From: an uncultured Anaerolineaceae bacterium
Lineage (GTDB): Bacteria; Chloroflexota; Limnocylindria; Limnocylindrales; CSP1-4
Assembly (NCBI GenBank): GCA_964425305.1
Contig: CAYRMQ010000002.1
Coordinates: 16,310-80,309 of the forward strand
DNA length: 64,000 nt
Direction of reading: 5' to 3'
Of the stretch, positions 8,898-17,196 are shown piece after piece. Below the pieces are notes generated by a model, which worked only from the letters and a program-made list of their open reading frames with translations, had not been told where the DNA came from and searched no databases. The position numbers were made by a program, and so were the translations under genes. The first letter of the stretch is position 1, and every line of letters begins with the position of its first letter.

Positions 8898-10021
8898 AAC
8901 GACCCCGACCCACGCGCCGCCCGCGCGGCGAGCCTTCCGGCAACGGGCGCGAGAGCCTGCCGCTCCCCGAGCGGCGCGGCCTCGACCCGCGCTACCAGCG
9001 CACCGACGACGGCGGCAGCCGCGAACGCGACCGCACGGAGCGCCGCGCGCTCGACCGCGAACGGGGAGAGCCGCTCGCCGCCGGTGAGCGGCGCGTCCAT
9101 CCGCCGCGCTCGACTCCCCGCTCGGCACGGCCGCTGGACGAGTGGGACACGCGCCCGCGCATCCTGGTCACGAACGACGACGGCATCGAGTCGCGTGGCC
9201 TGCTCGCTCTGAAGCAGGCGCTCGAGCCGCTGGGCGACGTCTACGTCATCGCGCCCGAGACCAACCAGTCGGCCGTCGGCCACACCAAGACGTTCATGCG
9301 CCCGCTGCGCGTCCGCGAGCGGACGCTGGCCGATGGGACGTTGGGGTGGTCGGTCGACGGCTCGCCGACGGACGCCGTCAGCCTGGCCTTCCTCGGCTAC
9401 TTCGAAGTCGGCTTCGACCTCGTCGCGTCGGGCATCAATTACGGCGCCAATCTGGGCGACGACATCACCTACTCGGGCACCGTCAGCGCGGCGATGGAGG
9501 CGGTGCTGTCCAGCTGCCCCGCCTTCGCCGTCTCGCAGGAGTACTACGAGCATCCCGACTTCACGCTCGCCGCGCGCATCGCCTACATCACCGCCGTCAA
9601 CATCCTCGAGCACGGCCTGGCCGAGGGCGAGCTGATCAACATCAACGTGCCGGCAATCCGCGCCGAGGAGTGCGAGGGCGTGGAGGTCACGCGGATGGGC
9701 AAGCGCGTCTACCAGGATGAGCTGCTCGAACGGCTCGACCCGCGCGGCATCCCCTACTACTGGATCGGCGGCCCGCCGCCGTCGGGCCTGGCTCTGCCGG
9801 GCACCGACTTCTACGCGGTGGTCAACAGGCGCATCGCTGTCACCCCCATCCAGCTCGACCTGACCGCCAAGCGATTGCTCAGCCGGCTCAACAGTTGGTC
9901 GTGGGACATCGCGCCCGCCGTTGAGGCCGTGCCCGCCGCGGCCGAGCCGACGACGCGCGCCGAGGAGATGATGGACGAGATCGTCACCTCGCAGGTGGAG
10001 CCCGAGGAGGAGCGGCGGTAG
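8894..10021 (+). CDS. surE: 5'/3'-nucleotidase SurE (start codon uncertain)
   Basis: Core RILVTNDDGIESRGLLALKQALEPLGDVYVIAPETNQSAVGH starts at 9158. No ATG/GTG/TTG lies in frame between GTG 8894 (GTGA overlap with the AI-2E stop) and the NDDG motif. CTG 9134 is a near-cognate alternative. Confidence 0.8.
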   Translation: MKRPRPTRRPRGEPSGNGRESLPLPERRGLDPRYQRTDDGGSRERDRTERRALDRERGEPLAAGERRVHPPRSTPRSARPLDEWDTRPRILVTNDDGIESRGLLALKQALEPLGDVYVIAPETNQSAVGHTKTFMRPLRVRERTLADGTLGWSVDGSPTDAVSLAFLGYFEVGFDLVASGINYGANLGDDITYSGTVSAAMEAVLSSCPAFAVSQEYYEHPDFTLAARIAYITAVNILEHGLAEGELININVPAIRAEECEGVEVTRMGKRVYQDELLERLDPRGIPYYWIGGPPPSGLALPGTDFYAVVNRRIAVTPIQLDLTAKRLLSRLNSWSWDIAPAVEAVPAAAEPTTRAEEMMDEIVTSQVEPEEERR

Positions 10022-10277
10022 CGCCGATCGCGGCGGGACGTCCCCAAAGCCCATAGGGCGTCGGACAACGGGATTCCGCTTGAAGTGAACGCTCGGCCGC
10101 GGAAATGCCGGCTTCGTCCGCCGCGTACGGCTGACACTCCGATCCGAAGGCACAGAAATACGTCTGAGGCGAAATATCGTCGCTGTGCAGCGATACCGCG
10201 GCCGTCTTGGGCGACGCAGACCTGCGACAGGCCGAGGAGATGTTCACTTCATACGCCGAATTGTCGCTTGGCGTTGG

Positions 10278-11942
10278 TCAGCCCAGCCGTCCGCGCAGGC
10301 GCGGCCAGTCGGCTAGGATCTCGCGCGCGGCGAGCTGGCCCGGGCCGCCGGTGACGCCGCCGCCGGGGTGGGCGCCCGAGCCGCACAGGTAGAGCCCGTC
10401 GAGCGGCATGCGGTAGCGGCTGTAGCCGTGCAGCGGGCGCCAGGCGAACCACTGGTCGAGGCCGGGCTCGGCATGCAGGGCGTGGCCCTCGGTCACGCCA
10501 TAGTCGCGCTCCAGGTCGAGCGGCGTGAGGACCTCCATCTCCTCGACCAGCGTTGCCAGGCCCGGCGCGTAGGCCTCCAGCGTGCGCAGCACGCTCTCGC
10601 CCAGCTCGCTCGCGCGCTCGCGCCAGGACCCCTCGCGCAGCTCGTAGGGCGCCGGCTGGACGACGACGCTCATCACGTGACGGACCTTCTTCGCGCGCCG
10701 GCTGCGGCGGCGCTCGTCGAGCAGGCCGGGGTCGATCAGGGTCGGGATCGTGGCCTCGATCAGCGGCTCGCCGGCGAGGCGCCCGTACTTGGCCGCGTTC
10801 ATCGCCTCGACGACGTAGCGCACGTCGGGCGCGATCACGATCCGGCCGCGCAGCCGCGGGTCGGCCCCGTTGCCCGTCGCCGCGCCATCGAGGCCGCGGA
10901 AGCGCGGCAGGTCGTGCAGCGCCAGGTTGACCTTCGCCGTCACGCCTCGTCCGCGGATGTTGCCGGCCCGCCACGACAGGTGCGGCCCGAGCGCCTCGGG
11001 ATCGACCAGGTCCAGCAGCGTCCGCCGCGGATCGAGCCCCGAGACGACGACCGGCGCGTCGACCTCCTCGCCCGTCGCCAGCGTCACGCCACGTACCGCC
11101 CCGTCCGCCCGGCGCACCGCGATCACCTTGACACCCGTTCGCACTTCGGCGCCGAAGCCGGTCGCCGCGCTCGCCAGTGCCTCGGCCAGTGCGCCCGGGC
11201 CGCCGCGGGCGTAGACCGTCTGGCCGGCCAGCCCGCCGTCGTTGCCGGCCACGTCGGTGACGAGCTGGGCGGCCGTGCCCGGCGCCCGCGGGCCGACACT
11301 CCCGTACAGGACGGCGCGCGCCGCCAGTACCGCCCGCAACGCGTCACTCTCGAACCACTCGCCGGCCAGGTCGGCGACGGACATCGGCAGCACGCGCAGC
11401 AGGCCGCCGCTCTCCGAGCGCGCCCGCGCCCGCGCGAGCAGCCCAGTGCGCAGTCCCTCCAGCGCGTCACCCAGCGAGGGGTTGGTGATGTCGGGCGGTG
11501 TCCGCGTGAGCAGCGCGTTGAGCGCCGCCCCCAGCGCGCGCAGGCCGTCGTCGACCTCGGCGTAGGCTGCCGTGTCGGCGTCTGAAACCAGCCCGCTGTC
11601 GGCCAGCTCTCGCGCTGTCCGGAGGGCATCGCCCCACAGCGTGAGACCGCGCCCGTCGGGCTGGGGTGAGTAGACGCGGACCTCCGGTTGGACGAGGGCC
11701 AGGCCGTGGTCGCTCAGCCCGAGGTCACGGGCGACCGATGCGCGCAGGCGGCCGACCGTATGAGCCACGGCCGGCACGCGCACGCCGGGCAGGATCTCGC
11801 GCGTGGAAGCCATCCCGCCGACGGCTTCGCGCCGCTCGAGAATCAGCGTGCGCAGGCCGTCCATCGCCAGGTACGCGCCACAGACGAGACCGTTGTGGCC
11901 GCCGCCGACGATGATCGCTCCGTAGCCGGCCGAGTCGGTCAT
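10278..11942 (-). CDS. phytoene-desaturase-family (CrtI-like) FAD/NAD(P)-dependent oxidoreductase
   Basis: ATG 11942 gives MTDSAGYGAIIVGGGHNGLVCGAYLA, a dinucleotide-binding GxGxxG motif. ATGA overlap with the upstream paralog's stop. C-terminal LYLCGSGAHPGGGVTG. Confidence 0.8.
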   Translation of the reverse strand: MTDSAGYGAIIVGGGHNGLVCGAYLAMDGLRTLILERREAVGGMASTREILPGVRVPAVAHTVGRLRASVARDLGLSDHGLALVQPEVRVYSPQPDGRGLTLWGDALRTARELADSGLVSDADTAAYAEVDDGLRALGAALNALLTRTPPDITNPSLGDALEGLRTGLLARARARSESGGLLRVLPMSVADLAGEWFESDALRAVLAARAVLYGSVGPRAPGTAAQLVTDVAGNDGGLAGQTVYARGGPGALAEALASAATGFGAEVRTGVKVIAVRRADGAVRGVTLATGEEVDAPVVVSGLDPRRTLLDLVDPEALGPHLSWRAGNIRGRGVTAKVNLALHDLPRFRGLDGAATGNGADPRLRGRIVIAPDVRYVVEAMNAAKYGRLAGEPLIEATIPTLIDPGLLDERRRSRRAKKVRHVMSVVVQPAPYELREGSWRERASELGESVLRTLEAYAPGLATLVEEMEVLTPLDLERDYGVTEGHALHAEPGLDQWFAWRPLHGYSRYRMPLDGLYLCGSGAHPGGGVTGGPGQLAAREILADWPRLRGRLG

Positions 11943-13552
11943 GCTGCTCCCACGTGCTCGGCGACCGCGGAACCCGCCCGGCGAGAGCCGACCAGCTCGA
12001 GCGCGGCGTTGCGCCCCGGCGCCCCGGAGATGGCCCCTCCCGGATGGGCCGACGAGCCACACAGCCACAGATCGTCGATCGGCGTGCGGTAGCCGGCACC
12101 GGGCAGCGGGCGGTTGTGGAACAGCTGCTCGAGCAGCAACTCGCCCTGGAAGATGTTGCCCTCCGACAGGCCGAAGGTGCGCTCGATGTCGAGCGGCGTC
12201 AGCACCTGCCGATGGAGGACGAGGTTGTCGAGATCAGGCGCGTAGCGCGCGATCGTCCGCTGGACGGTGTCGCCGAACGCCTCGCGCTGCTCGTCCCACG
12301 TGCCCTCGGCGAGCTCGTACGGCGCGTACTGGACGAAGCAGGCCATGACGTGCTTGCCCGGTGGCGCGACCGACGGGTCGATCGCGCTCGGGAAGCCGAT
12401 GTCGATGTAGGGCTCGGCGTCGAAGCGGCCGGCAACGGCGTCGTCGTAGGCGCGCTCGAGGTAGTCGACCGACGGCGAGATGCTGACCATGCCGCGGTAG
12501 TGCTCGGTCGTGCCGCGAGGCAGGCACGTGAACTCGGGCAGGCCGTCGAGGGCGAAGTTGACCTTGCCCGAGGAGCCGCGGAACTTGTAGCGCCGGACGG
12601 CGGCCTCGTCCTCTGCCGGCAGCGCGCCCGGCTCGAGCAGGTCGAGCAGCGTCACGCGCACGTCGGCCGACGACAGCACCGCGCCGGCATCGATCTCCTC
12701 ACCGGACTCCAGCACCACGCCGGTGGCCCGTCCGTCGCGCGTCGTGATCCGCGCCACCGGCGCCTCGGTGCGCAGCTCGGCGCCGGCCTGGCGGGCGGCG
12801 GAGGCGATCGCCGCGCTGACCCCGCCGGTGCCGCCACGGGGCAGGCCCCAGGCGCGGTACTCGCCGTCGACCTCGCCCGCGTAGTGGTGCAGCAGCACGT
12901 AGGCGCTGCCCGGCGAGCGGACGCCGAGGAACGTGCCGATGATCCCGGACGCGGCGATCGTGGCACGCAGGGGCTCGGTCTCGAACCACTGGCTGACGAA
13001 GTCGGCCGAGCTCATCGTCAGCAGCTGGATGAAGGCCGTCTGCTGGGGCTCGGGCAGGACGGCAAAGCGGCGCGCCAGGCCGGCCAGGCTGAGCATCCCG
13101 CGCGGATCGAGACCGCCGAGCCGCGGCGGCCCCTCGTCGAGCAGCGGCTTGACGAAGCGCGCCATCTCGGTCATCAGCAGCGAGTACTCCTCGTACGCCT
13201 CGGCGTCCTTCTTCGACCAGCGGCGCAGCTCGTGCACGGTCCGGCCGTGGTCGTCCGTACGCCACAGGTAGTCGCCGTCGAGCGGCGTCAGCGTGCCGTT
13301 GACGGGGAGCACCTCGAGCCCGTGCCGTGGCAGGTCGAGCTCGCGGATGATGTCGGGCCGCAACAGGCTGACGACGTAGCTGGCGACGCTGAACTTGAAG
13401 CCCGGGTAGACCTCCTCGGTGACCGTCGCGCCGCCGAGGACGTGGCGCCGCTCGAGCAGCAGCACGCTCCAGCCGGCGCGGGCGAGGTAGGCGGCGCAGG
13501 TCAGCCCGTTGTGCCCGCCGCCGATGACCACGGCGTCGTACCTCTGCGCCAT
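11939..13552 (-). CDS. phytoene-desaturase-family (CrtI-like) FAD/NAD(P)-dependent oxidoreductase, paralog
   Basis: 537 aa. MAQRYDAVVIGGGHNGLTCAAYLARAG and C-terminal LWLCGSSAHPGGAISG. Collinear similarity to 10278..11942. Confidence 0.8.
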   Translation of the reverse strand: MAQRYDAVVIGGGHNGLTCAAYLARAGWSVLLLERRHVLGGATVTEEVYPGFKFSVASYVVSLLRPDIIRELDLPRHGLEVLPVNGTLTPLDGDYLWRTDDHGRTVHELRRWSKKDAEAYEEYSLLMTEMARFVKPLLDEGPPRLGGLDPRGMLSLAGLARRFAVLPEPQQTAFIQLLTMSSADFVSQWFETEPLRATIAASGIIGTFLGVRSPGSAYVLLHHYAGEVDGEYRAWGLPRGGTGGVSAAIASAARQAGAELRTEAPVARITTRDGRATGVVLESGEEIDAGAVLSSADVRVTLLDLLEPGALPAEDEAAVRRYKFRGSSGKVNFALDGLPEFTCLPRGTTEHYRGMVSISPSVDYLERAYDDAVAGRFDAEPYIDIGFPSAIDPSVAPPGKHVMACFVQYAPYELAEGTWDEQREAFGDTVQRTIARYAPDLDNLVLHRQVLTPLDIERTFGLSEGNIFQGELLLEQLFHNRPLPGAGYRTPIDDLWLCGSSAHPGGAISGAPGRNAALELVGSRRAGSAVAEHVGAA

Positions 13553-13691
13553 TGACCCTCGTGCCGCTACCTGTCGAGTGCTTGCTCGTTCGGTCCGAGT
13601 GTATCGCGAGCGATCATTCGACTGCGGTCCTGGAGTGGCCTATGCGTGCATCGCGTGCCTCGGTAAAATGGCCGTGCGAGGAATCCACGTC

Positions 13692-14498
13692 ATGGGAGGC
13701 GACGCGATGACGGTCGACGACGCGCAGGCAGCGCCGAAGGATGCGCGCCGTGCCCTCCTGCTCCTTGATCGGCCAATCGTCGTTGACCTTGTTGAGCTGA
13801 CGCTCAACCACGGCATGTTCGTCGTTCGTGCGGCGCGTGACCTTCGCGAGGCAGATAGGATCCTCGGCGACTGGGGTCCGCACATGGCGGTGGTCGACAT
13901 GGACCACGACGACAGCACCGAACTTCTCCAGCGCCTGGGCGCCTCCAACAGCCTGACGGCCAGCGCAACTCCTGTCCTGGGCCTGACCCGCCGCGGTGAC
14001 CTGCCGACCAAGCTGCATGCGTTCGACCTTGGCGTCGACGACATCCTGACCATGCCCTTCTCGCCCGAAGAACTGCTCGCGCGGGCGATTGTCATCACCC
14101 GTCGCGCGTCGGGCGTTGATCGACCCATCGTCCCCACCATCAGGCTCGGCGAGATGGAGATCGACATCCTCCACCGGGAGGTCAGGACGGGCAACTCCGT
14201 CGTCCACCTGAGCAGCATCGAGCAGAGCCTGCTCTACCTGCTCGCCAGTCGGAGTGGGCGGGTCGTATCGCGAGACGAGATCCTGGACGGGGTGTGGGGG
14301 ACGGACTTCGTCGCCGAGAGCAACGTCGTCGATCGCCACATCCGCAGCCTGCGCATCAAGCTTCAAAACGACTACCGTCACCCGCGCTTCATCGCCACCG
14401 TTCCCGGCAAGGGCTATCGCTTCATCCCGACGTTCTCCAATCAGGGCTGGACGGCCGAGGACGAGGGGGGCGCGGGCGCCGTCCAGCCGAGCCACTGA
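13692..14498 (+). CDS. OmpR/PhoB-family response regulator with an atypical receiver domain
   Basis: Winged-helix C-terminus (VDRHIRSLRIKL..ATVPGKGYRF). The receiver aligns with PhoB, but LLLLDRP replaces the acidic pair and DDILTMPF has Met where the invariant Lys sits. ATG 13692 is preceded by GAGGA (9 nt). ATG 13707 is an alternative start. Confidence 0.82.
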   Translation: MGGDAMTVDDAQAAPKDARRALLLLDRPIVVDLVELTLNHGMFVVRAARDLREADRILGDWGPHMAVVDMDHDDSTELLQRLGASNSLTASATPVLGLTRRGDLPTKLHAFDLGVDDILTMPFSPEELLARAIVITRRASGVDRPIVPTIRLGEMEIDILHREVRTGNSVVHLSSIEQSLLYLLASRSGRVVSRDEILDGVWGTDFVAESNVVDRHIRSLRIKLQNDYRHPRFIATVPGKGYRFIPTFSNQGWTAEDEGGAGAVQPSH

Positions 14499-14500
14499 TC

Positions 14501-14526
14501 GCCGGATTACGGACCGTCATGACGAC
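14501..14526. repeat. 26-nt palindrome-containing element, copy 1
   Basis: GCCGGATTACGGACCGTCATGACGAC lies 3 nt after the response-regulator stop. 21 of 26 positions are identical to 15401-15426. Core is ATTACGG-A-CCGTCAT. Confidence 0.55.
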
Positions 14527-14577
14527 ACCTTGCTGAGGCTGGACTCTTAGCCGCGAACGGTTACGTCGACCGTTGGG

Positions 14578-15057
14578 ATGAGTCACGCCTTTCGTGCCAA
14601 GGGGTGGGGCACCAGTCGTAGGGAGTCCGTCACCATGGCGCAGCCTGACATGAAACACTATCCCGCTGCTGAGGCCGGCACGGGACTCGATCGCAGGCAA
14701 TCGGGCCTGCTGAGCATGGCCCGAACCGGCCAACCGCCGGAGCAATGGGCTGCTGCCCGATCGGAACTCGGCCAGCAGCGCATGCTGCACGCGATCAGGT
14801 CTGTTGGCCTCGCCGCCGCGCGCCCGGCATCTCCGCTGGCGGCCAGGCACGCCGGCGCAATGATCCGGATCAGCGCTGTACTTGCGTCGTGGCGCGCCAC
14901 GGAGCGCGAGCTGAGCGAGCTGCCCGAGAGCAGTCCAGATCGGCCGCGTCTCCGGGCGGTGCTCGAGGGCCTTCGCGTCACTCACCATCGATTGTTCTCT
15001 GAGCGGCGCGACGATACATCTGGGGCCCTGAGGTCCTGCGAAGATGCACTCTTCTAG
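14578..15057 (+). CDS. hypothetical protein (helical C-terminus)
   Basis: 159-aa ORF. An internal ATG at 14635 has GGGAG 9 nt upstream. Third-position GC is moderately elevated. Overlaps the following SHOCT gene by 14 nt. No motif recognised. Confidence 0.45.
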   Translation: MSHAFRAKGWGTSRRESVTMAQPDMKHYPAAEAGTGLDRRQSGLLSMARTGQPPEQWAAARSELGQQRMLHAIRSVGLAAARPASPLAARHAGAMIRISAVLASWRATERELSELPESSPDRPRLRAVLEGLRVTHHRLFSERRDDTSGALRSCEDALF

Positions 15058-15370
15058 ACGAATTCTCCTCCCGTTGGTGGCCGGCGTTGCCATCGTTGGA
15101 GGCTGGTGGATCCTGCTCGCGCTCAACAACGTCGTCGCCGCGGTCGCCCTGGGACTGCTGTGGACGGTGATCGTTCTGATCGCCACGCGCCTGCTCTTCG
15201 TCGTCGGTTTCGGCTACAACCGCTCGACGGCCGGGCGGAGCCCAGACAACGCGGCCAAACCCGCAGACGCCGGCACAGCCTTGGCCGATCTGGCCCGCCT
15301 CCGTGATGGCGGACTGATCTCAGCCGACGAGTACGCATCGAAACGGGCAAGAGTTCTCGAACGCTTGTGA
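15044..15370 (+). CDS. SHOCT-domain membrane protein, paralog 1
   Basis: 108 aa. Two TM helices and a C-terminal LARLRDGGLISADEYASKRARVLERL (SHOCT-type short oligomerisation motif). Paralog of 17556..17879. Confidence 0.7.
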   Translation: MHSSRRILLPLVAGVAIVGGWWILLALNNVVAAVALGLLWTVIVLIATRLLFVVGFGYNRSTAGRSPDNAAKPADAGTALADLARLRDGGLISADEYASKRARVLERL

Positions 15371-15400
15371 CCGGTCGCGGCAACGGCACCGCGGCCCACA

Positions 15401-15426
15401 GCCGGATTACGCGGCGTAATGACGAG
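15401..15426. repeat. 26-nt palindrome-containing element, copy 2
   Basis: GCCGGATTACGCGGCGTAATGACGAG with a perfect ATTACGC-G-GCGTAAT palindrome. It starts exactly 900 bp after copy 1 and 30 nt after the SHOCT1 stop. Confidence 0.55.
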
Positions 15427-15480
15427 GTCGTGTGCATGCTCGACGCTGTTGCGCAATTGGCCTCGTCCCCCTCTCTGAGA

Positions 15481-15513
15481 GCGGGCCGATCCTGGGGCGA
15501 TCGGCCCGCTTTT
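15481..15513 (+). terminator. intrinsic terminator
   Basis: Perfect 11-bp stem GCGGGCCGATC / GATCGGCCCGC with a 7-nt loop, followed by TTTT (15510-15513). Confidence 0.75.
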
Positions 15514-15612
15514 GGCGTCCCAGGGCCAGCGCCGGAAGCACTGGCGTAATGGTCGCCCGGACGCTGCTGGGCTGACCGACGCGGCGCACCGGCCCTTTAC
15601 GATGTCCTCCCA

Positions 15613-16101
15613 ATGAGCAAGGTCCGAGTCGTCCGCGAGCGCATCGACCCGCGCCTGACGGCAGCCCTCTTCGCCAACTATCGGACGCCGATCGACGCCA
15701 TCCTCGAGCTCGTCGACAACGCCGTCGACTCGCGCGTCGCAGGCCGGCCCCTCGCCGTTGAGCTCGCGCTGCGTCCCGGCTCGCTGACGCTCACCGCGAC
15801 CGGCGGCCGCGGCATGGGCCCGCGCGAACTGGAGCGCGACGGCGCTCTCCAGACGACCGAGAAGCGACTGGCCGCAATCATGCGCGAGCAGGCCGCCAAC
15901 AGCGCGACCCGCCAGCAGCGGCTGATGGACGACGAGGCCGACGCCGCGCCACTGCCCGCCCAGCTCTCCTTCGCGGTCTACCGCGTCAACGACTACGACC
16001 TCCAGATCCAGCACAACGAGGCGGTCAACTTGGCTGTCGAGCACCTCGGCATCGAGCGCCTGCGCACCGACTCCTTTCTTCGACGGCATCCGCGGCCGTG
16101 A
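15613..16101 (+). pseudogene. GHKL (Bergerat-fold) ATPase-like N-terminal fragment, probably the 5' part of a frameshifted gene
   Basis: YRTPIDAILELVDNAVDSR resembles the N-box (ExxxNxxD). LTLTATGGRGMG resembles a degenerate DxGxG box. Nothing ATPase-like follows. The frame ends at 16101, while the +1 frame continues into 16115..16687. Confidence 0.4.
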
Positions 16102-16114
16102 GCCGGTCAAGATC

Positions 16115-16687
16115 GTGCCCTTCGATCACCCGCTCACGCCGCTCGACCTGGAGGCGATCGAGGATGAGCTGCGCGCCCGGCCGCAGGAGGCGCGCGACAT
16201 CCTCGTCGTGGCGCTGGGCAGGGAGCTCGCCGCTGACGCCTGGCTGGCCGATTACGCGCGGCGCAGCCGGGTCAACGAGATCCGCGTCGTGGAACTGCGC
16301 AGCGATCCGAAGTACGGCGGATTCTTCGAGCATCGCCCGGCGTCCGCCCGCGTCGAGCTGGAAAGGCTGGCCGATGGTCGGGCGAAGGTGGTCATCGGTG
16401 ACTTCATGTCGCCCACGATCATCGAGCGCCTGAATGGCCAGGAGGGCGTACTGACCCCGCATATCGACGACTGGCGGGCGATGGTCGACAGCGTGATGGT
16501 CGACACCTCCTACGACGGTCGGACGTTCAACATCGCCGTCGCCGACATCCCCGAGCGCAAGTCCGACCTGGTCGACGGGTCCTACGAGTTCGAGTTGCCG
16601 GCCGACTCGCCCGCCGTCGCCGTGCGCCTCACCGACAAGCTCGGCGAGGAGGTGCTGACCGTCCTGCCCGTGACGCCAGATGCGTGA
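16115..16687 (+). CDS. domain resembling the non-catalytic C-terminal region of large N6/N4 DNA-methyltransferase-type proteins (no catalytic motifs)
   Basis: 190 aa with a GTG start. DDWRAMVDSVMVDTSYDGRTFNIAVADIPERK...AVAVRLTDKLGEEVLTVLPV matches, from memory, the W..vD.W.vD..YdG..F ... vavKv.DifGne tail of such proteins. No DPPY/NPPY or FxGxG motif is present. Confidence 0.4.
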   Translation: MPFDHPLTPLDLEAIEDELRARPQEARDILVVALGRELAADAWLADYARRSRVNEIRVVELRSDPKYGGFFEHRPASARVELERLADGRAKVVIGDFMSPTIIERLNGQEGVLTPHIDDWRAMVDSVMVDTSYDGRTFNIAVADIPERKSDLVDGSYEFELPADSPAVAVRLTDKLGEEVLTVLPVTPDA

Positions 16688-17196
16688 GGTCTTTGACGTC
16701 CTCGATCGCCTTGGGATCGACTGGTTCGTTACCGGCTCGGAGGCCGCCGCCTGCTATGGCGTGCTGCGCCAGACGTTCGACCTGGACGTCGTGATCGACC
16801 TTGAGCCATCGGAACGATCTTGCCCAGTCGTTCGAGGGGTATTCGGTCGCCGATCCGATCGATTACGGAGGGTTCGCCATGGGATCGGTGATCTCAACGC
16901 AGACAGCGGCCAAGGTTGACCTGATCATGCTCCGGCGCGATCAGTACCTCCGCCAGGTGATGGGCCGGCGCTCGAGGTGCGAGCATCGAGACTACGGTCA
17001 GGTCTGGGTCTGCTCGCTCGAGGACCTGATCGTGGCCAAGCTCGAATGGTCGGAGGGAACCTCGGAGCTTCAGCTCAGGGACTGCGCGCAGCTGATCCGA
17101 ATCAACGCTGAGTCGGTTGACTGGGCCTACCTCGAGCGTTCGGCGGAGCAGCGCGGTGTCGCGCGCCTCCTGGGAGAAGTGCGCGATGCGACCTGA
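16680..17196 (+). pseudogene. minimal nucleotidyltransferase-fold gene with a frameshift near 16800
   Basis: Frame 0 gives MREVFDVLDRLGIDWFVTGSEAAACYGVLRQTFDLDVVIDL (GS...DxD NTase signature) and then degenerates. The +1 frame (16801..17196) continues with a plausible C-terminal domain (...VWVCSLEDLIVAKLEW...). Confidence 0.55.

Noticed and set aside
13640-13660. GCGTGC-ATC-GCGTGC direct repeat upstream of the response-regulator gene, as a possible autoregulatory site.
   Set aside because: The 9-bp period does not fit a typical OmpR-family half-site spacing, and there is only a single occurrence. The evidence is insufficient.
14422-16110. Minus-strand ORFs 14422..15186 and 15214..16110.
   Set aside because: They are antisense to the hypothetical/SHOCT1 pair and to the GHKL-like fragment, and carry no motifs. 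The plus-strand ORFs have recognisable domains (SHOCT, N-box). Confidence is only moderate in this low-GC accessory stretch.
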